The position numbers were made by a program, and so were the translations under genes. The notes beneath the pieces were generated by a model. That model had not been told where the DNA came from and did no database searches. It saw nothing but the letters and a program-made list of their open reading frames with translations. DNA of 64,000 bases from Octopus bimaculoides (Eukaryota), in contig NC_068982.1 in the NCBI RefSeq assembly GCF_001194135.2, positions 57,842,514 through 57,906,513 of the forward strand, given 5' to 3'. Every line of letters begins with the position of its first letter. Positions within the stretch are counted from its first letter, which is position 1. Below are positions 36,806 to 50,440 of the stretch, piece after piece.

Positions 36806-38631
36806 TGTTATTCTAAATATTTCCATCATAATTCTAGAGTTAATGTTTTATTTTGGCTTGTCAAAACATAGGCCAGCATTGCCTTTTACATTGCCAAGGG
36901 TGAGAAAAAACAAGTTTTTACTGTGATATTAAGACAGTATCTTTTGTCTCTGAACCAACTCTTACCCGTTTGAACTGGTAACAATGGGAAAAAAGTTCAG
37001 AGAAAGCCATAGAAAATGAAAATGAGATTTGGAGGGGGAAAATATAAAGATGAATACGAGATAAATAAGAATTCACTTTTGTGCAGTAGATGTGCAGAAG
37101 GAAAACATAAATTGACATGGATATAGAACTTGCATGGGTGTAGTGTAGAGAGAGAGGGAGAGAGAGAGAGAGAGAGCGAAGAAAAAAATGATAAAGACAA
37201 ACAAGAAAACAAACTTCCAAAAAACATGCAATAATTCCTAATATGAAATTCTAAACAATTATAGTAAATAATATTTTCAACAAATATTAGTACTAGAATT
37301 TTCTGTATGCATAAATCTCTCACCCCATGTTATCTCTCATCCATCTTGATTTTATTCGGCTATCTGCCTATTTATTATTATTATCATTATTATTTGCATC
37401 CTAAGTCATCACTTTCTTAGATTAAAACATAGATTAAATAAATAGATATTAAAAAAAAAAAGCAGCAGCAGCAAAAATCAAAGCTAAAAAAAAAAAAACA
37501 CTGAAAAAGAAAATCCTCAAAAAAACCATAAAAAACCCATGGAACCTTTCCACTAAAAAAGCCACGAATTCTAAGCCTACCAGCACGACTCTGGGATCCC
37601 CAGTGGTTTTTTTCTAGAGTAGCAATGAATACTAGAGAACTCTTTTGATGCAAGTTTGGAAGAAGGAAACCTGCAGCTCTAAACATCTTGTTTGCTGCTT
37701 TGCTTGACTCAGAAATGCCTCCCATCACCCTTAACCATTACAATAAACAACACACTTTAGATGCCACTAATCACACTTGGCACTGCTTGCTTTCTCCCTT
37801 ATATCAACACAGAATCTCAGCTTGTCAGAGCTAGCACCGATGAACACAAAATCATTGTCGTCTGTTATTTTCTCAGTATATTGCTCAAATTATTTTGATA
37901 TATATATATATATATATATATCACCTTCTCTAAATGCGTGTCTTTCCACCCCATACTCTCTCTAACTACACATATATGTGTGTGTGTATATATATTTATT
38001 CATCTGATTTTATTCTTCTGTGTTGTTGCCACCACTGCCACAGCTCTTACTTTCATTACTACTATCTCCGTCACCACTTCCACTGCCACAACCCTCACAA
38101 CACATTTTATTTATTTATATCATAATTATGTCTTACATTTTTCATATTTTCCATTGAGAAAAAGACAATAAAAACCAAAGAAACCAAACCAAAGATTAAT
38201 GTGTCAGGTTGCAAAACAGATGGGGAGAAGGCTGAGGGAATGGATAAGGCACAGTTAGAAGGTGGTGGTCTAGAGACAGCTAGAGTTTGAACTAGGGCTA
38301 GGGCTGGAGCATAAGCTTGGGTAGAGGGAGGTGGGATTGGAGTGGAAACGATTGGGAAAAAAAAAAAAAACCTGCCTTTGATTGTCCCCTCCCTTACCAT
38401 ATGCTTTGATGTGCTTTGATTTTTCTGGAAATTTCCGCAAAGCAATTACATCAACTGGTAAAAATTAATTTGTGACAGCTTCTCAAAGTAAAATTTTAAA
38501 AAAAGAGAGAGAAAAAAAAAAAGAGTAATAAAAACACTTTCTGATTTTTCTGATAATCACAAAGAAAGGAGAGACGTTAACATTCTGAATATCACTACAT
38601 TACAGAAGTAGCATTTAAAGATTCTCTCCAC

Positions 38632-38666
<35 letters not shown>

Positions 38667-38742
38667 GCCAAACTATAATTCATATTATTGTTATTCTCTT
38701 AACTTTTAATTCTTCTTTACTATCATAAACAGCTGAAGTCAG

Positions 38743-38781
<39 letters not shown>

Positions 38782-39344
38782 GTAGTCAACATCATATTAT
38801 CATCCTCGTATGCCCCACCCCCATCCCATTTTCTGTTCTCTCTTTTTCGGCAGTCATCAGGCAGGCATGGCACATTAGAGATGTAAAGAAATAAACATTT
38901 AGTATACAAACCTTTACTCAAATTTAACCTATTTGACAATGGACCATAACAACAAGAACAACACATTATCATCATCAACATTCCCTAACCCCTCACAACC
39001 ATCGATTCACAGAGAGAAATACATATATTTTCTTTCTGTATGACACAGCAAGCAGATAAGTAGGAACCTCTATCCTGTTGCTCAGTCTGTTAGAAATAGC
39101 AACCAAATCTTCTTCAAATCGCAATCTAACCTTCTTAAAAAATATTTTAAAGGTAATAACAACAATAATGGTTCTAACAAAAATTAATTGAATCAGTTAA
39201 GCACGTAAAAGGTATTCTCTTTTTTTCAACCTGGCGGGGTGAAAGGCAAACTGAAATCAGGAACTCTGAATTCAGACAGTTGAAATAAAACACGACTGTC
39301 AGTCACACCTTGTAAATATCAATAAATATTCATACCATGACAGA

Positions 39345-39615
39345 ACATAGGCATGGTAGCATGTTTAAGAAGTTTGCTTCCTAATCCTCACTAAAAGAAG
39401 CCTGTTGGATGTATGTAAATGTGTGTGTGTACAAGCACCACTGACATACAAGTGTTGTCGTTTGTTTCCAGTCTGTTGTAAACAACGTCTAGCTTATGGA
39501 AAAATATTACCTTGCTTGGATAGGAGAGAGTTGATGATAGGAAGGACAACTGGCTGTAGAAAATCTGCCTCAGCAAATTCTGTCTGACCCAGGCAAGCAT
39601 GGAGAAGCAAATGTT
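39345..39615 (+). mobile_element. SINE A-type head joined to the V-like 3' module
   Basis: AGGCATGGTAGCATGTTTAAGAAGTTTGCTTCC..GAAGCC, TG tract, then GGAAGGACAACTGGCTGTAGAAAATCTGCC. Confidence 0.6.
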
Positions 39616-40063
39616 ATACATACATACATTGATATAGTTTATAGATCCAAAATAGAAAGAAACAAAAAAAAAAAAACTCCATCAAGTGGAGATACATGGT
39701 GTATTTTATAAATATGCCTAATCAAAGAATCATAAAAGCATGAAACTATTAGTAGCTCTTATGGTTGTGTATTAAATTGATATATATATATATATACACA
39801 CACACACGTGTGTACATATACATACATCATGTAGAACTATTAATCCCTACACATTTTCATCTCTACCCATTTGTTTTTCATTCTCTCTCCATTTTTAACT
39901 CTCAATCTTTTCTGTCAAAAAGTATAGACTCAAATTATCAAAGACTTTTCCATTTTTCCCAGGCATCAAATTAATACACCTGTTTCTTTTCCTTCATCTG
40001 TCTTCATCTTTTGTTTTCTGCAAATTTGAACTACACACACACACACACACACACACTCACACA

Positions 40064-40358
40064 CAGTGGCAGACTGGGTCTAAAAATATTGGTTGCCAGG
40101 AGACTAAGGGGGGGGGCCCACCCGCAACTACAATGCTATCATTTAATTTTTTTTTTGTTAAAAGTATTCTTTTCAACTGTCTACAAATACAGCCAGGCTG
40201 AAATAATTAATGAATTCTTCCAGGAGTGAATAAAAAAATTCTCAAACTTGAGGGAATGGGCCCCTTAGATACTAATATGGGCCTTGATATATGAATTCTA
40301 ATGGCATAGGGGCCCACTTGCCATCAGGCAAGCTGGCAACCTGGCCAATCGGCCACTG
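40064..40358. mobile_element. hAT-type MITE candidate
   Basis: Imperfect TIR CAGTGGCAGACTGG / CCAATCGGCCACTG (12/14); subterminal GGGCCC motifs; 8-bp flanks match 6/8 in a CA-rich site. Confidence 0.6.
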
Positions 40359-40369
40359 CACACATATCC

Positions 40370-40720
40370 ATCCATACATTGTCTCTGCCCGCTATTACTG
40401 ATGGAGTTCTCAGTTAGTGTCCTATCAAAAGCAACCATCATTAGAATTTCTGGTTGGATTCCTAAGCATGACCAACCGAGACAATGGATATCATCCAACC
40501 TTCTCATTCTAGGTGTACCTCTATGTCTCCTGCTGGCTTGTTTGACTTGAAGAATCTGTCTTGCAAGTCTTCCTTGTGATATTCTAATAACATATCCACA
40601 TGGTTCTGGGTTCATTCCCACTGCATGGCACCTTGGGCAAGTGTCTTCTACTATAGCCTCGGGCCGACCAAAGCCTTGTGAGTGGATTTGGTAGATGGAA
40701 ACTGAAAGAAGCCCGTCGTA

Positions 40721-40773
<53 letters not shown>

Positions 40774-41125
40774 ATATGTTTGTCCCCCCCAACATCGCTT
40801 GACAACCGATGGTGGTGTGTTTGCGTCCCCGTAACTTAGCAGTTCGGCAAAAGAGACTGATAGAATAAGTACTAGGCTTACAAAGAATAAGTCCTGGGGT
40901 CGATTTGCTCGACTAAAGGCGGTGCTCCAGCATGGCCGCAGTCAAATGACTGAAACAAGTAAAAGAGTAAACGAGTAAGAGTATAATAACAGAACTTTGA
41001 TTGCCCAATGTGGTGAAGCACAGCTTGACCTGGAGAGTAACCCCAATCTCTGAACTATGCACCCTCTCATGTAATGTTACTCCAGAAACCCTCTGGAGGG
41101 ATCCCATTTTGACCACCTCTATTCA
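40370..41125 (-). pseudogene. RTE LINE ORF2 3' fragment split by a SINE A insertion
   Basis: MGSLQRVSGVTLHERVHSSEI (41000-41116) continues as GYVIRISQGRLARQILQ..RHRGTPRMRRLDD (40590-40370). Confidence 0.75.
40595..40985 (+). mobile_element. SINE family A, 5'-clipped, near consensus
   Basis: Body, (TA)(TG) tract, complete 3' module and GTAAAAGAG tail. Confidence 0.92.
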
Positions 41126-41757
41126 CAATATTCTTTTGGTCATTACCTAACATTTGCGAAACACCAATGCATGCAAGTGAAGTCTAATGGGAAGACCTCT
41201 CAGAAAACTTACTACTGCCCAGAATGAGAAACATGTGGAATTTTGGGTGGCACAATTAATCCTGTGCACTTTAGTTTACCTACCTGTCACAAATAAATAA
41301 CAAGTTTCTTTTTGCTTTAACCTGAGATTGATGGTTGTTCTGTCATAGAAAAGATTTATCTTTTATGAACCCCACATCAAGAAGCCAGAGCTAAAAACCA
41401 GACCATAAGACACATAGGTCTTTTTGTAGACATATGTATCTGTTTCATTGCTATCAATGGTGGAGATTACAATGTTTAGAAACAATTAAAATATATATAT
41501 ATTTTTTTTAAATCAGTCAAAATAAAAATAAGTTGAACTCTAAGACTATTGAAGATTTTTTAAAATATATAAAAATAGAAAACCATAAAATGCAAATAAA
41601 TATTTCACAAGAAAACTAGAAGTATATAGAATTTAAAAAAAAAATTTGTAGTGCTCACTGGAAACAAACAGTGCAATAATAACAATAATAACAATAATAA
41701 CAACAACAACAACAATAATAATAATAATAATAATGATAATAATAATAATAATAGGAG

Positions 41758-41986
41758 AATGGTTTCAAATTTTAGCACAAGGCCAGTAGGTTTATAGAAG
41801 GGGCTAAGTCGATGCCTCCAGTGCTCAACTGGTACTTATTTTATTGATCCCAAGAGGATAATAGCCAAAGTCAACCCGAGTGGAATTTGAACTCAGAACG
41901 TAAAGACAGATGAACTGCCATAAGCATTTTGCACTGTGGGCTAACAATTCTAGCAGTTCACCATCTTAATAATAATGATGATGATG

Positions 41987-42043
<57 letters not shown>

Positions 42044-42255
42044 TCTACTATTGGCTCAAGACCTGAAATTTGGGGAAAAGGGATAGTCGATTACATCGAC
42101 CCCAGTACTCAACTGGTACTTATTTTATCAACCCTGAAAGGATGAAAGGCAAAGTCGACCTCGGTGGAATTTGAACTTGGGATATAAGGACAGACAAAAT
42201 GCTGCTAAGCATGTTGCCCAGCACATTAACAATTCTGCCAGCTTGCTACCTTAAT
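41758..42255 (-). mobile_element. Two SINE B copies (41758-41970 and 42040-42255) separated by (AAT)n
   Basis: Both contain CCAGT.CTCAACTGGTACTTATTTTAT and GGAATTTGAACT. Confidence 0.88.
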
Positions 42256-42664
42256 AATAATAATAATGAGGATGCATAAACTGCTCAGTACACAAACAGT
42301 AAGCACTAAACATGGTGGATAAAAAAATTTATAATATGAGTGGTAAACGTGTAATAGCTTGGTGGTTCCAATTGTGCCATTGAATTACAGTGTAAGTCAT
42401 CAAGTATTAGACAGATGCTTGTACACTTAATGTAGACCTCAGGCAGAGTCTGCTAACAAGACTTAATTTTTGAGTCACTGGTACAATTCAACTGACAATT
42501 TTCATATAGTTTCCTTCATTCCAATTTCACTTCCAAAGCTTATGTTGACCCAAGGCGTTAGTAGAAGATATTTGACAAAGGTACCATGCAGTGGGATCAA
42601 ACACACAAACTCATGTTTAAAGTAGGGGAATAGCAGAATCATGAGAGCGTTGAGCAAGACACCT

Positions 42665-42845
42665 TATGGTATTTCTTTCAGCTCTTAACATTCTGAGTTC
42701 AAATCCTGCTAAGGTGAAATTTGCTGTTTGTCCATTTGAGGGTAGGTAAAATATAGTACCAGTCAAGAACTGGAATTGAAGTAATCAATTAACCCCTTAC
42801 TCTTAAAAAATGGCCAGACTTGTGCAAAAAATAGAAACATGTTAG
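42665..42845 (+). mobile_element. SINE family B, diverged
   Basis: CATTCTGAGTTCAAATCC...TAGTACCAGTCAAGAACTGG. Confidence 0.65.
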
Positions 42846-42918
42846 GAAGAAAATGTCTTATGCATTTGGTCATGCTTGTCCCTCTGAATGTGCAAATTCA
42901 TAAGCATACATACATATA

Positions 42919-43217
42919 CTGGCACTACATCAGTTATGATGACAAGGGTTCAGTTGATCTGATCAACAGAACAGCCTTCTCGTGAAATTAATGTGCAAGT
43001 GGCTGAGCACTCCACAGACACATGTAACCTTAATGTGGTTCTCAGGGAGATTCAGCATGACAGAATGTGACAAGGCTGTCCCATTGAATAACAGGTACTA
43101 CTCATTTTTGCCAGCTGAGTGAACTGGGGCAATGTAAAATAAAGTGTCTTGCTCAAAGACACTATGTGCCACCAGTAATTGAACTCACGACCTTATGATT
43201 GCAAACTGATTATCCTA
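42919..43217 (-). mobile_element. CORE-type SINE, tail type 1
   Basis: Colinear with 12820-13138. Confidence 0.85.
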
Positions 43218-44014
43218 ACCACTAAGCCATGCCCCTTCACACAGACACACATATAGTAATGTGTAAATGCTACCAACTCTTTCAAATACAGAAATATGCA
43301 CTTACATACAGATAAACATCTGTATATATCATTATGCACATAGAAGAGAACATATGTATGCAAATACATGGTTACTAGAAATGCACTTGTATGAACATAC
43401 AGGTAGTAGGATATATGCATGTATAATGAAATATATAAATGCATGCAAACACAGAAATATGAGGGTGATCACACTCATGCACACACATATACATATGAGT
43501 ATAAAGATATGCAATACTTACGAAGTTATATGATGTCGAAGGTTGACTGAATCAATGCGGTGTTTACTAATAATCTCATTCAGTTTTGTGAATTCAGTTT
43601 TAAGGCTTCTGAAATTAAATCATAAACCCACAGTTAAATACAGATATATATATATAAATAAATTTAGTCTTCAGAACTGACATGCATTAAGAACAAAATA
43701 GTCTGTCTGGAGACAACAGGACAGCTTTAGATATGCAATTCTGCATTTGTAGGTGTTATCAGCACAGTAGAGAACATTAAAAGCTCAGGATAATTTGCAG
43801 AATTAAAATGAATATGAGCTAAGAGAAATAGCTCAGAGTTACCACTGGTATGGATTTGAACAACACAAATAAATAAAGCCATACAAAAGAAATTCTTGAT
43901 TTATTGAAGTTATTTCCAATCCTGGAGAAGGCAAAATAACCACTTTGTAGCAATTGGATCTGACTGAAATGAGAAGGGGAAGTAATCTCAAAAATTCATT
44001 GGGATCATCATCAT

Positions 44015-44520
44015 CATCATTTAATGTCTGTTTTCATTGCTGATATGGGCTGGACAGTTTGACAGGAGCTGACCAGCTGAAGGGCTATTCAGGCTCCATG
44101 TCTGTTTTAGCATTATTTCTATGGCTGGATACCCTTCTTAATGCCAACAGATGAATCAACATGCCATTAAGGAAAAGACAATCTAACTGGCTGGAGACAA
44201 ATAGACAACAAATATTTCTGCCTTAAAATGCATCATCAGCACAGCACAACTCTTGTTTTCTCTCTCTCTCACACACACACAAACATATATATCTAGAGAT
44301 ATATATCATCATCAATTAATGTTTACATTTCATGCAGGCATGGATTGAATGGTTTAGCAGGAACTGATGTGTCCAAGGACCATATTGAGTTCCAGTGTCT
44401 ACTTTGGCATCGATTTAATGGCTAGATACCCTTCCTAATGCCAACCACTTTACAGTATGGACTGGGTGCTTTTTTCATGCTACCTGCACTGTTGAGGTCA
44501 CTATCCAGTTTGCAGGACTA
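44015..44520 (-). mobile_element. Two RTE-associated V-like 3' UTR fragments (44015-44150 and 44310-44520)
   Basis: ATGGCTGGATACCCTTTCTTAATGCCAAC and ATGGCTAGATACCCTTCCTAATGCCAACCAC, each behind a (CAT)n-like tail. Confidence 0.7.
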
Positions 44521-46031
44521 CAAGCTCTGGGGGTTGTGGTGGTGAGTGAGGCGTCAGCCTCATGTTTGGGGATAAGGGGATTACTATGAGAGAAGGGGAG
44601 GGGCAGGACAGGTTCTTGTAGAGGGACTTGCATGGTTACACACATTTGGTATATGAACAAGTAAAAAATGGGGAATGGCCAGCAGGGGTTACAAAGCATA
44701 ATAGGTACAGGCTATCACAAATGACTTTAAATCAGCGACTGATTATTTTACAAATAATATTTCTGAAAATCCATGAATATCCAAAGAGTTTATATAATTA
44801 TTTACAAGGAGGATAGAGTGAACAAATGTTTTTATTACATAAATTTACAATTGTTTCATCAATATTCGATCTCAGTCATACAGATATATTACTATATAAT
44901 ATATACAACTATAGATTCCAGAAGTATCCTTATACTGATACAATCAAATGTCATTTCTTCAGAGTTATGCATGAATTCCACTTACTGCCATAATTTGTAT
45001 TATCAACAAAAAGACTCACTCACTCCATTCTCATTGGTTATGATTATATAAATTTTTCCCAACCCCACAGAAGTGGGGTTAGGAAAAATTTCTGGAACAA
45101 AAATATCTACTAGCTTCAAGAATATTACTAATTAGGAGATCATTGTTACTTAATGAAGATCATCAAGAAAACTGGACTCGCTGTCATACAGATACATACA
45201 CAATTATATTGCTAATAGATGAAAGAACATACATAACATAAATAAAAGAGTAATGGTGAGCTGATTAATGTGTTCATTTCCTGATCAATTGATTTACTAG
45301 AAAGAGCAGCTGGCAAATCTTCTTCAATTGACAACTCACTGTCTTAAACAGGAAGGACATGCTAAATGATGTAGTCTTCAGTAATCTTGCATCTTTCTGG
45401 AAAAGCAGACTGGCTACTAGCAACTGGAATGCATTTGGTCACTGATCGGCTGTACCAGAACTGACCAGTGGCAAACAACAACAACAACAGCAGCAAATGA
45501 AGAAGAAGAAGAAGAAGAAGAAGAAGAAGAGAGGAATGATCAAAGAAAACAAAAGTAAAGCAAATTCTAATTTTTAAATCCCACCCAAAATTGTCAACAA
45601 AATAGTAAATAAAAATAAAGACTTTATTTCCTGTATATTCAAAAATATCATGTTGTGAAGTACCTCTAAATTACAAAAGTGGTTTCGGTGATGACTCATC
45701 ATAATGCTGATGATGACAACAGATTGACATTGTTGTCATCATGACACTAAAATCTTCTTTCAGAAAGATCTGACTTTGTAATTGTCATCAGACTAACGAA
45801 AACATTTCTTTTATTTTGATCTTTTTTTTTTAGGGGGTGGAGACGGAGAGGGTGTGACAGTAGGTCTTGAAGACAGAGACTTTCTATTCAAGAGTCAGAG
45901 TTTGGCGCTATATAAGGCATGTAACTACATTGTCATGTCAAGAAAATTAGGTTCCCACCCCCAATAAAAATCTTCTCCAATTACTTACACTTTTTGTTTG
46001 TTTAGTTTCCATACATTTCTTTCTTTAATCT

Positions 46032-46078
<47 letters not shown>

Positions 46079-46111
46079 NNNNNNNNNNNNNNNNATGTAT
46101 ATATGTATGTA

Positions 46112-46172
<61 letters not shown>

Positions 46173-46966
46173 TTGGCCATGATGTTGACCATGGTAGTGA
46201 TGGTGTTGGCGGTGGTATTTGTGGTGTTGGTGTCTCAATACAAAAACTCTGAAACATTTTCCTGTTTCTGTTTTTGCCCAATTAGCAAGCTAACCGATAA
46301 TATAAAGAGTTCCACCTGAGGTAGTAAATACATGTATATGTGTGTGTGAGTGTGAGAGAGAGAGAGAGAGGATAAGAACACAAGTATGCAATTTCTATGT
46401 ATGTGTACACACGCACACACACACATATATATATACTCATAAACGCACATACACATATATGCATTGTGTGTGTTGCTGCATTTGATTATTTCTAAGTAAA
46501 AGGTGTCCCTAATCATATTGTCCTTACTTTGTATTAATGTGTTCCCTAAAGGGCATTCCATTCATCAAATAAGAACAGCAGTACTTGACCAGTTCAGTCC
46601 CCAAATCAGGTAACCCTTTTCTTCTAGTGGGGCTCTACAAATAAAAGGGTTGCTGTACACATAGATGTAACTATTAGGAAACGACAGAGACAGGGAAAGA
46701 AAATTAGAGCGTGAGGTGAGAAGAAAGAGAGAGAGAGAGAGAGCATGAGAGAAAGAAAGAGATAAAGAGAGTGAATGATAATAAGCCAAATGATTAAACA
46801 GTATGCTCAGCTGGGAGGTTAGCCAGCTGTCTCCTGTCTCACTAAATTGGAATGTAACTGACTGACACACATAAACCCAATAACACTGACCAATGAGCAA
46901 CTTACAGTATGTTAGACTTGTGTACATCATACAAACATACACGCACACAAGCACATATACATACAC

Positions 46967-47043
<77 letters not shown>

Positions 47044-47367
47044 TGTATACACACACAGACAGAGGTATGTATACATTTAGAGATAGATGTGTATATGCAT
47101 TCGTACATACATGTGCATATAGATACACATGTTCTAAACAAGGAAGTGGCAGCATGTTATATGTTGAAACATTTTGAGTAGTCTCGAGACACTGGGTTTG
47201 TTATGAAGAAAGGAACACATGAAACTGTGAGGTTCAAGTCTGTAACTAGAGAGCATAAGTTAAACAAAAATGACTTTCAGCAGAAAATGAAGTTGTTTCA
47301 TACATGCAGCTTTCCTATGACCTCACCACTAACTATGCACTCCTATATATGTTGTTGTAGATGTTTG

Positions 47368-47622
47368 CAGGTACATGACTCAGTGGTTAGGATATTCTGC
47401 TTATGATCATAAAGTCATGAGTTCAATTACCGGCAGTGTGTTGTGTCCTTGGGCAAGACACTTTATTTCATGTTGCTTCAGTTCACTCATCTGGCAAAAA
47501 TGAGGTGTACCTTTCATTCAAAGGGGCAGCCTTTTCACAGTCTGCGTCATGCTGAATCTCTCTGAGAACTATGTTAAGGGTACATGTGTCTGAAAAGTGC
47601 TCAGCTACTTGCACTTTGATTT
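47368..47622 (+). mobile_element. CORE-type SINE, tail type 1
   Basis: TGACTCAGTGGTTAGG (A box), GAGTTCAATTACC (B box), GTGTCCTTGGGCAAGACACTTTATTTC. Confidence 0.85.
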
Positions 47623-47822
47623 AAGGTTCTGTGATGCAAATGGCCTAACCATTTGCAGTGCTGCTTCAGAAAATTGGCCTGCTCCTTAGTCACCAACCAC
47701 AAAAGTGAACATTTACTAAGATGGATGGTACTGATGCTGAAAGAAACTTCTGCTAGACATAGTGTTAGTGTATTCCTAGGTGACATGTATGTTATGGAGG
47801 ATATATATATATATATATATAT

Positions 47823-47855
<33 letters not shown>

Positions 47856-48514
47856 NNNNNNNNNNNNNNNNNNNNNNNNNNNNNNNNNNNNNNNNNNNNN
47901 NNNNNNNNNNNNNNNNNNNNNNNNNNNNNNNNNNNNNNNNNNNNNNNNNNNNNNNNNNNNNNNNNNNNNNNNNNNNNNNNNNNNNNNNNNNNNNNNNNNN
48001 NNNNNNNNNNNNNNNNNNNNNNNNNNNNNNNNNNNNNNNNNNNNNNNNNNNNNNNNNNNNNNNNNNNNNNNNNNNNNNNNNNNNNNNNNNNNNNNNNNNN
48101 NNNNNNNNNNNNNNNNNNNNNNNNNNNNNNNNNNNNNNNNNNNNNNNNNNNNNNNNNNNNNNNNNNNNNNNNNNNNNNNNNNNNNNNNNNNNNNNNNNNN
48201 NNNNNNNNNNNNNNNNNNNNNNNNNNNNNNNNNNNNNNNNNNNNNNNNNNNNNNNNNNNNNNNNNNNNNNNNNNNNNNNNNNNNNNNNNNNNNNNNNNNN
48301 NNNNNNNNNNNNNNNNNNNNNNNNNNNNNNNNNNNNNNNNNNNNNNNNNNNNNNNNNNNNNNNNNNNNNNNNNNNNNNNNNNNNNNNNNNNNNNNNNNNN
48401 NNNNNNNNNNNNNNNNNNNNNNNNNNNNNNNNNNNNNNNNNNNNNNNNNNNNNNNNNNNNNNNNNNNNNNNNNNNNNNNNNNNNNNNNNNNATATATATA
48501 TGTATATATTTAAG

Positions 48515-48730
48515 TGCATGTCTTTGTGCCGGACCCCCTTCCCTCTCATTGCTTGACAACCGATGTTGGTGTGTTTATGTCCCTGTAACTTAGTGGTTTG
48601 GCAGAAGAGGCCGATAGAATAAGTACCAGGTTTACAAAAAGTAAGTCCAGGGCTCAATTTCTTCAACTAAAAGGTGGTGCTCCAGCATGGCCCCAGTCAA
48701 ATGACTGAAACAAATAAAAGAATAAAAGAA
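48515..48730 (+). mobile_element. SINE family A 3' module
   Basis: TTGCTTGACAACCGATGTTGG...CCGATAGAATAAGTACCAGG...AAATAAAAGAATAAAAGAA. Confidence 0.85.
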
Positions 48731-49194
48731 TATCAAACAGGATAACAGGATGTATCTATGAAATAATCTGCCAAAGACAGATCAGGAAATATTGGAACAA
48801 AGTGGGAAGCAAGCAACAATATCAGGCAGCGAGATATCGGGTTCATAGAATAGAGAAAATGAAGGTTAGAAGTGTACCAATGTTCTGTAATGAAAGACTC
48901 CTAGGTATGAGGTATTCAGATTTCAAAGACTCATAGGTATGAGGTATTCAGATTCAGTGTGTTAGTGTGAAAATAAGATGTCACTTGGGGCAAGTGTATT
49001 CAAAATGACAATGTAGCACTTTACCGTCACTGACACCAAGAAGAAAGACATTTGGAAGTGTTATAAATAAAGATGGAGGAATGAGGGAAATGTGTGGGAC
49101 AAAGAGGGATTAACTACTCCATGTAGACTCAACAGAGGAAACAGCTACTGGAGTTGATAACTATATGGTTGAAATCACAATCAACACTGTGTGT

Positions 49195-49577
49195 GTTGGC
49201 ACTCCATTGCTTACGACGTCGAGGGTTTCAGTTGATCCGATCAACGGAACAGCCTGCTCGGGAAATTAACGTGCAAGTGGCTGAGCACTCCACAGACACG
49301 TGTACCCTTAACGTAGTTCTCGGGGATATTCAGCGTGACACAGTGTGACAAGGTTGACCCTTTGAATTACAGGCACAACAGAAACAGGAAGTAAGAGTGA
49401 GAGAAAGTTGTGGTGAAAGAGTACAGCAGGGTTCGCCACTATCCCCTGCCGGAGCCTTGTGGAGCTTTAGGTGATTTCGCTCAATAAACACTCACAACGC
49501 CCGGTCTAGGAATCGAAACCGTGATCATATGACCGCGAGTCTGCTGCCCTAACCACTGGGCCATTGCGCCTCCACAC
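49195..49577 (-). mobile_element. tRNA-derived SINE with tail type 1 but a different, non-CORE body
   Basis: Minus strand TGGCCCAGTGG (A box), GGTTTCGATTCC (B box); CpG-rich; 49195-49365 colinear with 12820-13000. Confidence 0.85.
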
Positions 49578-50279
49578 AATCAACACTATAACAGCAAGGA
49601 TGGTCCATCAGGGATAGTTGCTGTTAGAATGTCCTACAAAGGACATGCATTGAAGTCACATAGCCATTCAGATAGTACTGTTAGGGGTTCATATTGTAAT
49701 CTCTGTTTCCATGTGATTCACATATATCTATCTTTCTATCTGCCATTATCATCATCATCATCATTGTCATTAACTTTTTTAATGTGCATTTCTTACAAAG
49801 TGACTGGGTGGGATGGATCTTCAAAGTAGCTTCTTTACATTAATGCATATATTTTTTTTATTCTCTCAACACTGAGATATTAAGAATCAATATTTTATAA
49901 CAGATAAATATTGATTAATCAGAAATAGAAAAAAAAGACACAAAAATACATTTTAAGGGGAGAGAACCCTAATCATTTAGATTATTTATATCTGCAGCAA
50001 CAAGCTATTACTGGCTTATTACCATGGAAACAATACCACCTTCGTGGCATGAAAATAAAAAAATACTATCTCCTAGTGAGGTATCTCTACAAAAACCGGA
50101 GACTTTCATGCAGTCTGTGAGGCATTTACATTGAGATGCTATACAAGTTATACAAGTGTTTAAAGTCTCTGTGTGTTTGGATAGAGATCTAAGTTTGTCT
50201 TTTAAACATTAGAGAATTAATTAGCCAAAGAGAGTAAAACACTCCAAAAGTCTTTGTTTATGGACACAGGTACACAAAG

Positions 50280-50311
<32 letters not shown>

Positions 50312-50335
50312 GTTCATGTATGCATACAAATATGT

Positions 50336-50396
<61 letters not shown>

Positions 50397-50440
50397 TATA
50401 TGCCACACACACACAAGTATATAAATAATACTTCACTTGT

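Noticed and set aside
37417-37728. 103-aa minus-strand ORF
   Set aside because: No recognisable domain, runs into a poly-T tract, and no convincing splice sites
49500-49577. tRNA gene candidate (A and B boxes)
   Set aside because: It is the head of a SINE continuing into a shared body and tail; no complete acceptor stem
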